From positions 1 through 64,000 of the forward strand of contig JBKHIT010000009.1 in assembly GCA_046538485.1 (NCBI GenBank): 64,000 nucleotides of DNA, in the 5' to 3' direction. This stretch comes from Candidatus Brocadiia bacterium. GTDB lineage: Bacteria > Planctomycetota > Brocadiia > SM23-32. Below, in pieces: positions 1 to 10,965 of this stretch. The notes under the pieces are model-generated. The model searched no databases, was not told the DNA's origin, and saw only the letters and a program-made list of their open reading frames with translations. Made by a program: the position numbers and the translations under genes. Position 1 is the stretch's first letter. Each line of letters begins with the position of its first letter.

Positions 1-17
1 TCTATGGGGTGAAGCCG

Positions 18-716
18 ATGCGCCTCTGGCGGAGAGGCTTCACTCTAATAGAACTACTGGTGGTGATCGCCATCATAGCCATTCTTGCGGCGATGTTGAT
101 GCCGGCGCTGGAGCGGGCACGGGAATCGGCATACACCGTGCGTTGCAGTTCGAGATTGCGCAATATATATCTCAGCGTCAATTACTACCTCCAGGATTAC
201 AGCGATTACTGGCCTGTCAGTAAAGTCTGGGGGCCTTACAACTTGCAATTCCGGCAACAAATGCGGCCCTATTTGCCGGAAGGACTCGGCTGGCCGGGTT
301 CGAATCACTATGACGTGACCGCCGACGAGTACATCTTCGTCTGCCCGGGGACGGACTATTCCTATCCCGGCAGCACGGATTTCAGTTATATCTGCCAGTA
401 CTGCACCGTGACGTGGGGGCACCAGCCGATGTGGTATTGGGCCAGCTCCCGGTTCGGCTACGGGAACATGAGCAGCCAGGGATGGATGTGGCAGCCGAAA
501 CGCTCCATGGATTTACCGGGCAACATTGCCTATCTTTTCGAGACACACAAGGGTACATCGGAACCTCACTGGGCGTATTACTGGGGGTACGGTCATACGA
601 AATACAATCACGCCAGCGGGAAGGCGACAAACATCCTTTTCACCCAGGGAAACGTCGGGACTTTTGGTCGGCCGATAGATGACGCGATAAACAATGGTGA
701 TCTGCGGGTGTGGTAA
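18..716 (+). CDS. Prepilin-type N-terminal cleavage/methylation protein (DUF1559 / H-X9-DG-like family)
   Basis: [26 protein letters not shown]-terminus, FVCPG motif, C-terminal [17 protein letters not shown] (variant H-X9-DG). Start could be GTG at 9 or ATG at 18. Confidence 0.9.
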   Translation: MRLWRRGFTLIELLVVIAIIAILAAMLMPALERARESAYTVRCSSRLRNIYLSVNYYLQDYSDYWPVSKVWGPYNLQFRQQMRPYLPEGLGWPGSNHYDVTADEYIFVCPGTDYSYPGSTDFSYICQYCTVTWGHQPMWYWASSRFGYGNMSSQGWMWQPKRSMDLPGNIAYLFETHKGTSEPHWAYYWGYGHTKYNHASGKATNILFTQGNVGTFGRPIDDAINNGDLRVW

Positions 717-945
717 AGGGCAATCAACTGCCGAATGGGAAAAGAGCCCGTATACCCGGCATCCCGTGTTGCAATCACCAGGCGGTTTCGTATGGGTATC
801 CTGACGTTTTAAGAGAAAAAGCATCAGTGATGTCCGTGCCGCTAATTCACGTCCTCAATATCACAGGCGAAGTTACGAGAACCGAACCCCGCTGGAACTT
901 GTTTTTGGTGGACGCCTTAGAATGTCCGTTCTCGGGTAAAATCCC

Positions 946-973
946 TTGATAAGGTTATCTCACGCGGTAAACT
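946..973 (+). promoter_or_regulatory. Putative sigma70 promoter with overlapping palindrome
   Basis: TTGATA-16 bp-TAAACT. The palindrome GATAAGGTTATC overlaps the -35 box. Confidence 0.4.
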
Positions 974-1079
974 AAGAGAAAAGACGCGCGAGTATGCATC
1001 TGGTATTTACCATTGGGTATGACGTGGTCCGTTGGAGATGTATCAGCGGGCGGATCGATATTTTCGGGGGAGGATGGCA

Positions 1080-1778
1080 ATGAACGAGCCGAAGAGGCGG
1101 TTAAGTGCGGCATTTACGCTCATCGAACTGCTGGTTGTCATAGCGATCATAGCGATTCTGGCGGCGATGCTGATGCCGGCGCTGGAGCAAGCCAGGCTGG
1201 AGGCCAGAAAGACATTCTGCCGTTCCAGCATCCGCCAACTCTACCTTGCTGCTGTTACCTACTCCAACGACAATGACAGTGCCGCGATGTGGGGGCTCGG
1301 GGGATGGAACAACCACTCGAACTGGTATTTTCAGATACACGACTACATACAATGCGCCCATTCCTCCGAAGATCTCACCATGTACTCGAATTTGACCGGC
1401 GCTGGCTGTCTGCTGGCCGATGGATGCCCTTACTCACGGCTCGACAACAACATCCGCAATTCCTACGGGCTCAACCTCTGGCTGGCAAATCCTTCCATCG
1501 GAGAAACCTGGCCGAGGCTTCATAACAAGAGCGAACGTGGGCCGGCCATGACGGTGTATTTCATCGACTGCTGGATCGTAGGGGCCGACCGGTGGACCGG
1601 TCTCAGCGGGGGGTCGGAGCTTATCCGGACGCTTCACGGGCAGCCCTGGGACAATATACCGGTCCACGATGGGGAGGACCTGTCCACGGTGTTTTTCGAC
1701 GGTCACACTACGTTGTTGACCGAGGATAACCTGCGCTACGATTACGGGGAAACCCATTACGCAAGGTGGTGGCGGTGA
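1080..1778 (+). CDS. Prepilin-type N-terminal cleavage/methylation protein with H-X9-DG motif (DUF1559 family)
   Basis: [29 protein letters not shown] and [14 protein letters not shown] motifs; GGAGG SD before ATG 1080. Confidence 0.9.
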   Translation: MNEPKRRLSAAFTLIELLVVIAIIAILAAMLMPALEQARLEARKTFCRSSIRQLYLAAVTYSNDNDSAAMWGLGGWNNHSNWYFQIHDYIQCAHSSEDLTMYSNLTGAGCLLADGCPYSRLDNNIRNSYGLNLWLANPSIGETWPRLHNKSERGPAMTVYFIDCWIVGADRWTGLSGGSELIRTLHGQPWDNIPVHDGEDLSTVFFDGHTTLLTEDNLRYDYGETHYARWWR

Positions 1779-4124
1779 GCTCAAAGCGTGCGCGTGAGCA
1801 GACGGCGGCCTGGGTCCCGGTGATTCCGAGGGTTACCTGCATTTCCGCGCTCCTGATGGTGTGTTGTGGGCTGGCCGCGGCTGCGGAGGTGGTGGAGGTC
1901 CAGAAGGTACCCAGGCTAGAAGAGGTACAGCTGGAGAATCTGGCATTCGGAATCAGCGACGGAGGATGGCGTCTCGCAGGGAAGCAATCGCGAGTGCGCA
2001 AGGGTAGCGGACCGGACGGGAGGGCCACCCTGGTACTTGAGTCCGGCGGCAGCGCCGTCCAAACGATCACGGTCGGTCGCGGAAGGGTCGTGGGGGCGGG
2101 GCGACGCTATCTCTTGACGGTTCGGGCGCGATCTGTCGGCGAGGGGGCCCGGGCGCACCTGCGGCTCCGCCGCAAGGGCACCGTCAGCAGTGCTTCCGGG
2201 ACCACACATACGCCGGTCGGCTCCACGACGGGGACTGGTTCAGTCCATACGATGGCGACCGGCTCAAGAACGCGATGGATGAAAAGTACGCAGCCCTTGC
2301 CCGGAAGCTCGATTGGGGCGAGGGCGATGGAGCCGGCCGCCACATTCGGGTGGTGGAACTCGCCGACGAGCCCGGAGACGGGAGTATAGTCGATGCCGAC
2401 CTGGAGGCTTTCCGCAGGTTCCTGAAAAAACGGGGGATAACGCCAGCCCATGTCAGTGTTGCTACCTGGGGCGACGTGCTTCCCTATGGTTTCGAGACGG
2501 ATACGGAAAAGGAGACCCCCGAGCCGCCGGAGCCGCTGGGCGCCGGGACGCCTGCGCCCGGCAAGGAAGACGATGTTCCTGAGCCCGGATTCAGGATGAA
2601 TGAACCCGCCCAAAAGGACGTGGCGAAGGAGAAGAACGGAGGTCAGAAAACTGCCCCGAAGAGCACCCGAAAGAACCTGCCGCAGCGCCGGCTCATCTAC
2701 TACACCCGTCTGTTCCGAGCCCAGAAGACCTCGGATCTGTTCAAAACCGCCACGCGCGCCGTCGAGAAGCACCTGCCCGGGGCGCGCACGACGGTCAATT
2801 TTCGGTCCGGCGTGCGCAGGGTACTCACCCCCGAGACCGCGGACTGGTTCCGGATGGGCCGGGAGGGTGCTGTCACGATGATGTGGAACGAGGACTGGCT
2901 TAACACCTACGGGTGGCGCCGGAACGGTGTGGAACTGGTCAGCTACTACGTGGAGCTGATGCGTTCCGCAGCGCGCCCACGCAACCTGGCGGTAGGGGCT
3001 TTCTGATGTGTTACTGGGGGCAGGCCATGTTGAAAAGCTATTCCGCCCTGGCCCACGGCTCGCGCTATCTGCATTACTGGCGTTACGGACCTTCTTATGC
3101 CAATTATCTGCCCTACTCGTGGAGCCACAACCGAAGTGCTGTCAAACAAATAGCGACGGTGTGCCGGGACGTGGCGAGGATAGAGGAGACGCTGATGGAG
3201 GCCGAGCGGGTGCCCGCCCCGGTGGCACTGCTGTACGCCAAAAACGATCCTATCTGGGGCCGCGGTCAAACCGAGAACCGACTGGTGTTTTTTGCCCTGC
3301 TGCACGACCAGATCCCGGTTGATATCGTGACTGAGGCCCAGGTCGAGAAGGATGGACTGCTGGAACATTACAATTACCTCTACGTGACGGATATCTCCGT
3401 AAGACGCCGGACGTTGGCGGGGATTGCCGAGTGGGTCAGGGACGGCGGACGGGTATGGCTCTCGGGAGGGGCGGGGACGCGCAATCAGTTCGATGAGCCT
3501 TGCCGGACGCTGACCGATGCCCTTGGAGTTACCGTCCTTGCTCGGGAAGATGCTTCGGCTTCCATCCCCGGGCCAGGACAAAAATCTGCCACAGAGGTCC
3601 GCTCTCCCTTCCGCATAAAGGCCGCAGGGGCATCAGCCACGCTCCGGTTCGAGGATGGTAGTCCCGCCCTGCTGGTCGGCGAAGCAGGCAAGGGGACCTA
3701 CTGCGTCTGCGCATTTCGCCCCGGAGGGGTTTATGAGGCCCCGGTCCGCTCGCATTTCAACCGCGCTCACGGCAAGGGCAGAATACAAGGGGGATGGCGG
3801 GCAAGGAGACGGAGCTGGATCACAGGGTTTGCCCTCCGCAACGATTGCCTCCGCCCCGTAACCCTGGACAGGCCCTGCGTGGAGGCGATTCTGTATCGAC
3901 ATCACCGGCGTGACCTGCTGATGCTGATTAACTACACGGGAAGCTACACCAACACACCTCTCTGCGCCCGGGTACGAGGCAGTGGGGACGTTATCGGGGT
4001 AGAGAGCCTGCGTCAGGGACCTCTGGAGTTCAGGAGAGACGGTGGGGTCGTCTCGTTCCAGCTGCCGCTTCACCGTGCCGACACCGTCTGCATTACCCAC
4101 CAGCCCGAGAATAATCATCCCTGA
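1775..4124 (+). pseudogene. Disrupted secreted glycoside hydrolase-like gene with beta-galactosidase trimerisation-like C-terminal domain
   Basis: Three overlapping ORFs in different frames (1766-2389, 2275-3006, 2913-4124). Signal peptide and CBM-like N-terminus, frame switch near 2180, second switch at GGGGCTTTCTGATG (~3000), then an APVALLY...IPVDIVTE...YNYLYV...WVRDGG trimerisation-like domain. Confidence 0.65.
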
Positions 4125-4297
4125 CCCGCCCTCGTTTTTCCCGTTGCTCGGTGGATCATTCCTGTCAACCAAAAGGGCCGGCACGCGAGGACTATCGACA
4201 GGAGCAAGTGGGCGACGATCTTTGTGTAGGCGGGGCGGGCGTCCCGGGCCTTGCGTATAGGGCCTGTCAGTAGCGAATCACTTTTTATGAATGTTTT

Positions 4298-4714
4298 ATG
4301 GCCTACCGTGTACTTTTTGGCATTGCAAACCATTCGCCGAGTCACTACGTCATCTATGGCTGGGTGACCTATCGTACGTGCCTGCCTGAAAACAAAAATC
4401 GGATCGGCTGCCCCGGTATGCAGTTTCTCGGCAGGAGCATCACGGGCTACGGCGAAGGCTCCTCTCTCGGGGACTACTACGGGCCGGTTTATATCGATCG
4501 GGCTTCCAAGCAGCCGATGACCATCGATTGCCATGATATGAGTGACGGCCATTGGACCGGCTACGGTCTGATAAGCGATCCGCCTCGTAACAACCACGCC
4601 GATCTCGGCGGGGCTAATGCTGCGTTTATCGACGGACACGCCGCGTGGGCTTCTGAAGAAGAAATGGACTACCTTTTCGTTTTCTACGGCAACGAACGGG
4701 CGATGTGGCATTAA
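4298..4714 (+). pseudogene. Orphan C-terminal part of an H-X9-DG prepilin-like protein
   Basis: GCPG and NHADLGGANAAFIDGHA motifs present. In-frame TAG at 4271 upstream and no FTLIELL leader seen. Confidence 0.7.
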
Positions 4715-4763
4715 GAATGATGCCCCGGATATCCGCGTGGTGTAAATCCCGCTGAGATGGCTC

Positions 4764-4792
4764 TTGACACCCGGCAGGCTCGTTGATACATT
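4764..4792 (+). promoter_or_regulatory. Putative sigma70 promoter of the TA operon
   Basis: TTGACA-17 bp-TACATT upstream of AAGGAG SD. Confidence 0.6.
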
Positions 4793-4828
4793 GTACATAC
4801 GCCAGCAACGGGGAAAAAGGAGATTTCC

Positions 4829-5056
4829 ATGCTCAAGAATCTCACCAAACACGGCAACAGCTACGCGCTTGTGATCGACAAACCAATATTGAAACTCCTG
4901 GATATTGATCTCCAAACGCCCATTGAGATTACCACCGACGGGAGCATTATTGTTCTGTCGCCGGTGCGGGATGAGGATCGGGAAAAAAAGTTTGAGGGGG
5001 CTTTGGAGGATACGAATCGCAGGTTCAGGGACGTTCTAAAGAAGCTGGCGGACTGA
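4829..5056 (+). CDS. AbrB/MazE/SpoVT-family antitoxin
   Basis: LTKHGNSYALVIDKPIL swapped-hairpin motif; 75 aa; directly upstream of a Doc toxin. Confidence 0.9.
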   Translation: MLKNLTKHGNSYALVIDKPILKLLDIDLQTPIEITTDGSIIVLSPVRDEDREKKFEGALEDTNRRFRDVLKKLAD

Positions 5057-5059
5057 TCA

Positions 5060-5443
5060 ATGGGGCCGGTTTTTCTTCAACTCAGTGAGGTTCTGGCCAT
5101 CCATCAGGACCAGATTGTGCGCTACGGAGGCGCGCCCGGGATGCGTGAACTGCATCTGGTAGAGTCGGCCATCGCTGTGCCTCAGGCCGGTGTTGGTGAG
5201 GATTATTTGCACGAGGGGCTTTTCGAAATGGCGGCCGCTTATCTTTATTATATTGTCCAGGATCATCCATTTATCGATGGCAATAAACGCACAGGACTTG
5301 CGTCCGCTCTGGTTTTTCTGAAAATGAACGGGGTGTCTGTCGAGCCGGATGATAGACTGGAAGCTCTCGTACGGGAGGTCGCCCGGGGAAAGGCCAATAA
5401 AACCCGGGTGGTCGATCTTTTGCGTGAGTTGGCAGGACAGTAA
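5060..5443 (+). CDS. doc: Death-on-curing (Doc/Fic) family toxin
   Basis: HPFIDGNKRTG Fic/Doc motif; YGGAPGMRE N-terminal signature. Confidence 0.92.
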   Translation: MGPVFLQLSEVLAIHQDQIVRYGGAPGMRELHLVESAIAVPQAGVGEDYLHEGLFEMAAAYLYYIVQDHPFIDGNKRTGLASALVFLKMNGVSVEPDDRLEALVREVARGKANKTRVVDLLRELAGQ

Positions 5444-5858
5444 TGCGCTTAGAATGACGTGCTGAAGATGGGCTGAACTCTGGCCATGGGTTTAAGTTGT
5501 GGGGCGACAGAGCTTAGTGTGGTCAGGTTATTAAGCGGGAGTAGCGAGCACCTACGAACGAAAACGCATTCCCCCGAAGAGCATAAAGAGCATGAGAGAA
5601 CGGGGAACGGAAAGGAGTTCAGGGCAGACACGAAACGATACGGGAAAAGGATGGAGGCAGAGGGAAGCAACGGAGACACGCGAATGAAGCGCGATCAACT
5701 GAGGTAATGACTATCGATTACTTTCGCATAGGGCTTCTGATCGGGCGGCCTGTTTTGAAACTTTGGGCCGGGGCGATATAATTACGTAGAGATAAGGCGG
5801 TTATGGTGACAATTGTGCGCCCGTTTTGACCCGAAATCGCTTCTAAAGGAAGATCGAT

Positions 5859-6926
5859 ATGTCTCCCGTGACCTATAAAGATGCCGGAGTCGACATCGAA
5901 AAAGGCGAGCAGTTCGCCGAAGCAATCCAGGGACTCATGCAAAGAACGTTTGACGGGCGCGTGGTTCCTCAGCCGGGTGGTTTTGCCGGACTGTTCTCGG
6001 TTGATTTCGAAGGGAAACTCTGGCGCAGGGACTATAAGCATCCGGTTCTCGTTAGTTCCACGGACGGCGTTGGCACGAAGCTTAAAGTCGCCTTTATGAG
6101 CGGGCGGCATGACACAGTCGGGATTGATCTCGTCGCGATGTGCGTCAACGATATCGTTGTGATCGGGGCGGAACCTCTGTTTTTCCTTGATTATATCGCT
6201 ACGGGGAAACTGGCAGATGACACCCTTTACCATGTGGTAAGGGGGATTTCGGACGGTTGTCGCCAATGCGATTGTGCTCTTTTGGGCGGCGAGACGGCCG
6301 AGATGCCGGGCTTTTACGACGAGGGAGAGTACGATATGGCTGGATTTGTTGTGGGGGTCATCGAGCGCGACAGCATGATCCAGGGGAAACAAATCGAGCC
6401 CGGAGATGGCGTAATCGGCTTGAAATCGAACGGCATTCACTCCAATGGCTACAGTCTCGTCCGGAAATTGTTTTTTCAACAGGAAAGTATGAAACCCGAC
6501 AGTTCACTCGCCGATTATGGGCTTGATACGACCGTGGCGGACGAGTTGCTCACTCCGACACGCATCTATGCTCGATCGGTTCGACGGGTTCTGAATTATT
6601 ACCGCGTGAAACAAACCGTTCACGGGATGGGACATATTACGGGCGGTGGATTGCCCGCGAACCTGGAGCGGATTCTACCGGCGAATTGTGCGATCGAGAT
6701 CGATAGCAATACCTGGGAGCGCCCGCAGATTTTCAACGTAATCCAGGAGCTGGGCGAAGTTCCCGATGAAGAGATGTATAAAACATTTAATATGGGAATC
6801 GGTCTCGTGATGGTCGTCGCTCCATATTACGAGCAAAATATCATGCGTATGCTTCGGGACGAAGGCGACGAAGCGGTATTGATAGGGCGTGTCGAAGACC
6901 GCAAACGCAGCGTTACGATCGAATGA
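5859..6926 (+). CDS. purM: Phosphoribosylformylglycinamidine cyclo-ligase
   Basis: TYKDAGVDI, STDGVGTK, GGETAEMPG, HITGGG and TFNMGIG motifs. Confidence 0.98.
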   Translation: MSPVTYKDAGVDIEKGEQFAEAIQGLMQRTFDGRVVPQPGGFAGLFSVDFEGKLWRRDYKHPVLVSSTDGVGTKLKVAFMSGRHDTVGIDLVAMCVNDIVVIGAEPLFFLDYIATGKLADDTLYHVVRGISDGCRQCDCALLGGETAEMPGFYDEGEYDMAGFVVGVIERDSMIQGKQIEPGDGVIGLKSNGIHSNGYSLVRKLFFQQESMKPDSSLADYGLDTTVADELLTPTRIYARSVRRVLNYYRVKQTVHGMGHITGGGLPANLERILPANCAIEIDSNTWERPQIFNVIQELGEVPDEEMYKTFNMGIGLVMVVAPYYEQNIMRMLRDEGDEAVLIGRVEDRKRSVTIE

Positions 6927-6936
6927 AAGCAGGGAT

Positions 6937-9561
6937 ATGAAAGGCGAGCGAACCACCGACCGGGATGCATTGACGGACCGATACGGGCTGAACACACGCC
7001 TGGCAGCCCGCATTGTGGCTCTGCTTGCGAAAAAAATTGACGTCTCGGAAACTATACTTGAAAGTGCTGGTTCGGAAGAAAGTGTCAAAGACCTGTTGCT
7101 CCATAAATTTCTTTTGAAAGAGCCGGAGAATCTAACTGAAAGCTGGATACAGGAGCGGGCGGCGGAGAAGGGATATGAAGATGCCGAGCTTTTACGCCTG
7201 GTTGAAGGGGAAAACGGATGGCGCACGGTGGCTCTGGAAGACGATGTTCTCGCGGCTGAAGCAAGGACGGCGGCCGGTAAGGAAGAGCCCACATCTATGA
7301 TCAAAAGCCCCGCGGGAGGGATCAGCCGAAAGGAAACTGAAGAACTTTTCGCCCCGGAAGAAGTGGCACAGATTAAGCTGAGTGCGCTCACAAGCCAAAA
7401 TGATGAGGAACGCATAGAAGCTCTCCGAAAATTGGTTTTTGTTCCCCTGCCGGGCTCGGAAAAAGCGAACGTGTTTGTGAATGTTTTGATCGACTCTTCG
7501 GCTTCTGTGGCGATCAGGCGTGAGGCTGTGAGGTCCCTGGAACAGATCGGTTTTCGGACGGAACTTGCTGAGTGCGTTCGACGCGTTTTCGAGGCAGACC
7601 ACGACGAAGTAATGTATGCGTTGGAACGTTTGGGGGCGTTGATAAAAGATGCCGAAGATGCCGAAATCGGTATCGGATTGGCGGTTGTTCTCCAGCTATT
7701 TGATGACACGGATGATCCGGATATTTTGCGTAAGCTTTTGTCTTTGATTCAGAGTTCTGCTGATGTGCTGGCTTTGAGCCGCGAGAAAACCGAAAACTTC
7801 ATTCAAACTGCGTTGCGGCAGCTCACGCGCAATTTTACCGAGTTATCAGTGCCTGTCGATAACGCTTTCGAGGTCTGCCACGAGCACAACGAGGAACTCG
7901 TTGAGGATGTGCTCTGGAAAGAGCTGGACCGCAGTACGGACGCACGCGTGCGTTCCTACATTATCCGGACCCTCGGTGATATGGTGGAGAGCCCGGAACG
8001 GGTCGAAGAACTGGCGAAGGCAGCAGTTTCAGCGATACTTGATCCCGATTTGCCGGAAGATCAAAGATCATACCTGCGATACGGGCTTTTGAGAATGGGG
8101 GAAGCAGCGGTTGACGCAGCGCAGGCTCGAATTTATGAGGAGAGCGGGCGTCGTCGCGCGGAATTGGTGCGGCTTATCGATGTGCTTTGTTCCGAGGGCG
8201 AGGTCAGCCGTGAAACACTGAACGAAGCTGTTCGCGTGTTGATTGACATGCTTCAGGTGGGAGAACGTTCGATCCGCCGTATGATACTGGAAGCCACCTG
8301 CCCGACCGATTCCCGTGTGGATGACGATTTGCAGGAGCAGGTTGCTACTGAGCTTCTGTCCCATATGAATGAATTCAAGATGCAGGCGACAATCGATATT
8401 ATTTCGCGCACGCTTGAACAGATCGGGCCGGTGGCGCTGAAACCCCTCGTGTCCTACGTGAAAAGGCGTTTTCCCCAGGAAAGTATCGAGCCTGCATTCC
8501 GGAGCATAGGACACATTGCGCGCGATTGGGGACCTGAGCTTCCGGATGAACCGCTGGAGCAGATCCACGAATTTTGCATTGAGCTGCTGGAGGACGAAGA
8601 TACAGAAGATGGAAGTTTCACCATTGCCCTGGCTTGTCTGTGCGGTTACAGCGATGCGGGGAAGAAGTGGTTCGTTGAGGCACTGAATAAATTACAGGAC
8701 CGAATCGGAAAAGTGGCATACTCATTTGATATATTCGAGGCGCTTGGGATCATGGCAGGTTCCCCGAATGCCGAAATGGAGCAGCAGAAAGACCTGTTTA
8801 GTATGTTCGACAGCATCCTGACGGCTCGGGCGCCTGCTGTTTTCGGGATCGAAAGGGATACGCCCGACGGAACCGTTTACGAATTCGGCTCGGAAGTGGA
8901 GTTCAACACCCGTGTACTGCCTTCGGTTGTCCGGGGGCTTGAACGTATCGCCGTCAGTGAGGGGGCAGATGGGGAGTTGCGCCGGAAGATTGCAAAACGA
9001 TTGCTGGTGCTCTGGGAAGGCGTTTCGAAAGTCCGTATTGTTTGGGGACCGGCCGGTGTGGGTGCTCTGGTGCAGGCAATGTCCAGTACCGCGTGCTCCG
9101 CACATGCGGACACGCAAATGAGAATACGGCTGGCGAGGTCTCTTCTGAAGTGTCTGAATAAAGTGGGGGTTGTTAGAAGTCTCGGAGAAATATGTTCCGC
9201 GCCCGATGAGAGCGGTGAAATGCAGGAACTCTGCACCGAGACCGCGGAGCAGATGATAGACGAGTGGGAGAACGCGGATCAGCAAGACGAGGAACGCCGC
9301 GTAGCCATTCTGAAAGCGCTGGGGAAGATAGGAGCCAATATAGCGCTCGATGCGGAAGATGAAGTCGTGCAGCGAACCCGCGAGAATATACTGGATGTCC
9401 TTTACCAGGGGATACGGGAAGGCATCGATCAGGTTTATGAGCCACTTGAACGTATGAGAGATTGTCCCGATTTGGGCAAAGAGACCCGGGACAAAATCAG
9501 GGAACGGCTCAACCGCGCATTTGGGCTTACCAGGATCAAACCGAAGCGCGAAGCGCTTTGA
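6937..9561 (+). CDS. Large acidic alpha-solenoid (HEAT/ARM-repeat-like) protein of unknown function
   Basis: Long ORF with repeated helical motifs (IRREAVRSLEQIG, VRSYIIRTLGDM, RRVAILKALGKIG). Confidence 0.7.
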   Translation: MKGERTTDRDALTDRYGLNTRLAARIVALLAKKIDVSETILESAGSEESVKDLLLHKFLLKEPENLTESWIQERAAEKGYEDAELLRLVEGENGWRTVALEDDVLAAEARTAAGKEEPTSMIKSPAGGISRKETEELFAPEEVAQIKLSALTSQNDEERIEALRKLVFVPLPGSEKANVFVNVLIDSSASVAIRREAVRSLEQIGFRTELAECVRRVFEADHDEVMYALERLGALIKDAEDAEIGIGLAVVLQLFDDTDDPDILRKLLSLIQSSADVLALSREKTENFIQTALRQLTRNFTELSVPVDNAFEVCHEHNEELVEDVLWKELDRSTDARVRSYIIRTLGDMVESPERVEELAKAAVSAILDPDLPEDQRSYLRYGLLRMGEAAVDAAQARIYEESGRRRAELVRLIDVLCSEGEVSRETLNEAVRVLIDMLQVGERSIRRMILEATCPTDSRVDDDLQEQVATELLSHMNEFKMQATIDIISRTLEQIGPVALKPLVSYVKRRFPQESIEPAFRSIGHIARDWGPELPDEPLEQIHEFCIELLEDEDTEDGSFTIALACLCGYSDAGKKWFVEALNKLQDRIGKVAYSFDIFEALGIMAGSPNAEMEQQKDLFSMFDSILTARAPAVFGIERDTPDGTVYEFGSEVEFNTRVLPSVVRGLERIAVSEGADGELRRKIAKRLLVLWEGVSKVRIVWGPAGVGALVQAMSSTACSAHADTQMRIRLARSLLKCLNKVGVVRSLGEICSAPDESGEMQELCTETAEQMIDEWENADQQDEERRVAILKALGKIGANIALDAEDEVVQRTRENILDVLYQGIREGIDQVYEPLERMRDCPDLGKETRDKIRERLNRAFGLTRIKPKREAL

Positions 9562-9588
9562 GAATTGTGGCCACACTTGATAATGGTG

Positions 9589-10671
9589 TCAGGAGATAAA
9601 AGTAGCGTCTCCGTAACTGTAGAATCGGTAGCCTTCTTCCACGGCCACTTTGTAGGCGTTAATGATATTTTCGCGGCCAGCAAATGCACTGACAAGGACC
9701 AGAAGGCTGCTTTTGGGCAGATGGAAATTTGTAATGAGGGCATCCACCACGCGGAATTCAAAGGGCGGGTGAATGTAAAGATCCGTCCAGCCAGCATGAC
9801 CTGCCAGAGATTTTTCCCGAACGACGTATTCCAGGACACGGCAACAGGTGGTGCCGGTTGCGACGATTCGCCGTTTTTCTTCGAGGGCAGTGCGGATAAT
9901 AGCTGCGGACTCGTGCGGTAGACGGTAAAATTCCGGGTCGATGGTGTGCTGCTCCACCCGTTCAGTTCGAATGGGCTGAAATGTGCCTGGCCCGACCATC
10001 AGCGAGAGCGGGCAAACCTGTACGCCCTTATTGCGGAGTTGATTCAGCAGATCTGTTGTGTAATGAAGCCCGGCCGTCGGTGCTGCAACCGCTCCGGGAC
10101 GCTCGGCGAATACTGTCTGGTAACGTTCCCGGTCAATTTCAGATTGAGATTCGGGTTGCCCCAGCTGTCGTCGTTTGCGGCGTATATAAGGTGGGAGAGG
10201 CATGTTGCCCGCCGCAAATATATCGTCGAGAGTCAAACTTTCTCCATGAATTTGCAGAATCCAGTAGCCTTTCCCCTGGTTCTTGATCAATCGAATCGAA
10301 CCGGGGCAGGAATCAAGATGCAGCTTTTCTCCTTCGCGTAAGGAACCGCTTGAACCAAGCGTGGCGACCCAGCGAAGGCGGTTTCCCTCTGCTGCGGGGG
10401 GGCGTCCATCGGCACGTCTGACGAGCAGAACTTCGACCTTTCCCCCGGTAGCGCGATGAGCCCGGAGGCGAGCGGGAATGACTCGGGCGTCGTTAATGAC
10501 GAGCACATCGCTGGGATTCAGAAGATTTGTAATCTCGTGGAAACGGCGATGTTGAATATTTCCAGTCCGTTTTTCAATACAGAGCAGGCGCGAGGCGGCC
10601 CTCTGGTCGGCGGGTTCGGAAGCAATGAGGTTTTCCGGAAGCTCGTAATCGTAGAGGGAGAGTTCTGTCAT
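9589..10671 (-). CDS. queA: S-adenosylmethionine:tRNA ribosyltransferase-isomerase
   Basis: YDYELPENLIA, PLPPYI, YQTVFA..GAVAAPTAGLH, TNFHLPKS and YRFYSYGDA motifs. Confidence 0.98.
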   Translation of the reverse strand: MTELSLYDYELPENLIASEPADQRAASRLLCIEKRTGNIQHRRFHEITNLLNPSDVLVINDARVIPARLRAHRATGGKVEVLLVRRADGRPPAAEGNRLRWVATLGSSGSLREGEKLHLDSCPGSIRLIKNQGKGYWILQIHGESLTLDDIFAAGNMPLPPYIRRKRRQLGQPESQSEIDRERYQTVFAERPGAVAAPTAGLHYTTDLLNQLRNKGVQVCPLSLMVGPGTFQPIRTERVEQHTIDPEFYRLPHESAAIIRTALEEKRRIVATGTTCCRVLEYVVREKSLAGHAGWTDLYIHPPFEFRVVDALITNFHLPKSSLLVLVSAFAGRENIINAYKVAVEEGYRFYSYGDATFIS

Positions 10672-10965
10672 TTTGTTTTTGCAATTGTAAAGTAGCGGTC
10701 GGACACTTACTTACCAATATGCCAGAGAAATCAGGGAGAAACAAGGAGGTCAGGGTTCATTTGAGGTTAAGAAAAAACCTGTAATTTCTCTTTCGTCATA
10801 TTTCCCCCTTTTTCTGACGGTTTTTTTGATTCTCAGAAGGCAGAATGCGGGAGAGTTTAATGCCGGTATTCCCGACGTTAATATGTCCCTGACCTTGCAA
10901 TTTGGGACGAAGTTAATTACAGTTCAGGGGATGTTGTAAGCCGAACTATCAGAAGGGGATTGGAT

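Noticed and set aside
2990..3010. Possible programmed frameshift (AGGGG just before CTTTCTGA, superficially prfB-like)
   Set aside because: Rejoining needs a -1 shift whereas prfB is +1, and the gene is also broken near 2180. A 1-bp deletion or sequencing error is simpler.
5486..5707. 73-aa ORF downstream of doc
   Set aside because: Low-complexity purine-rich translation with no recognisable motif or SD.
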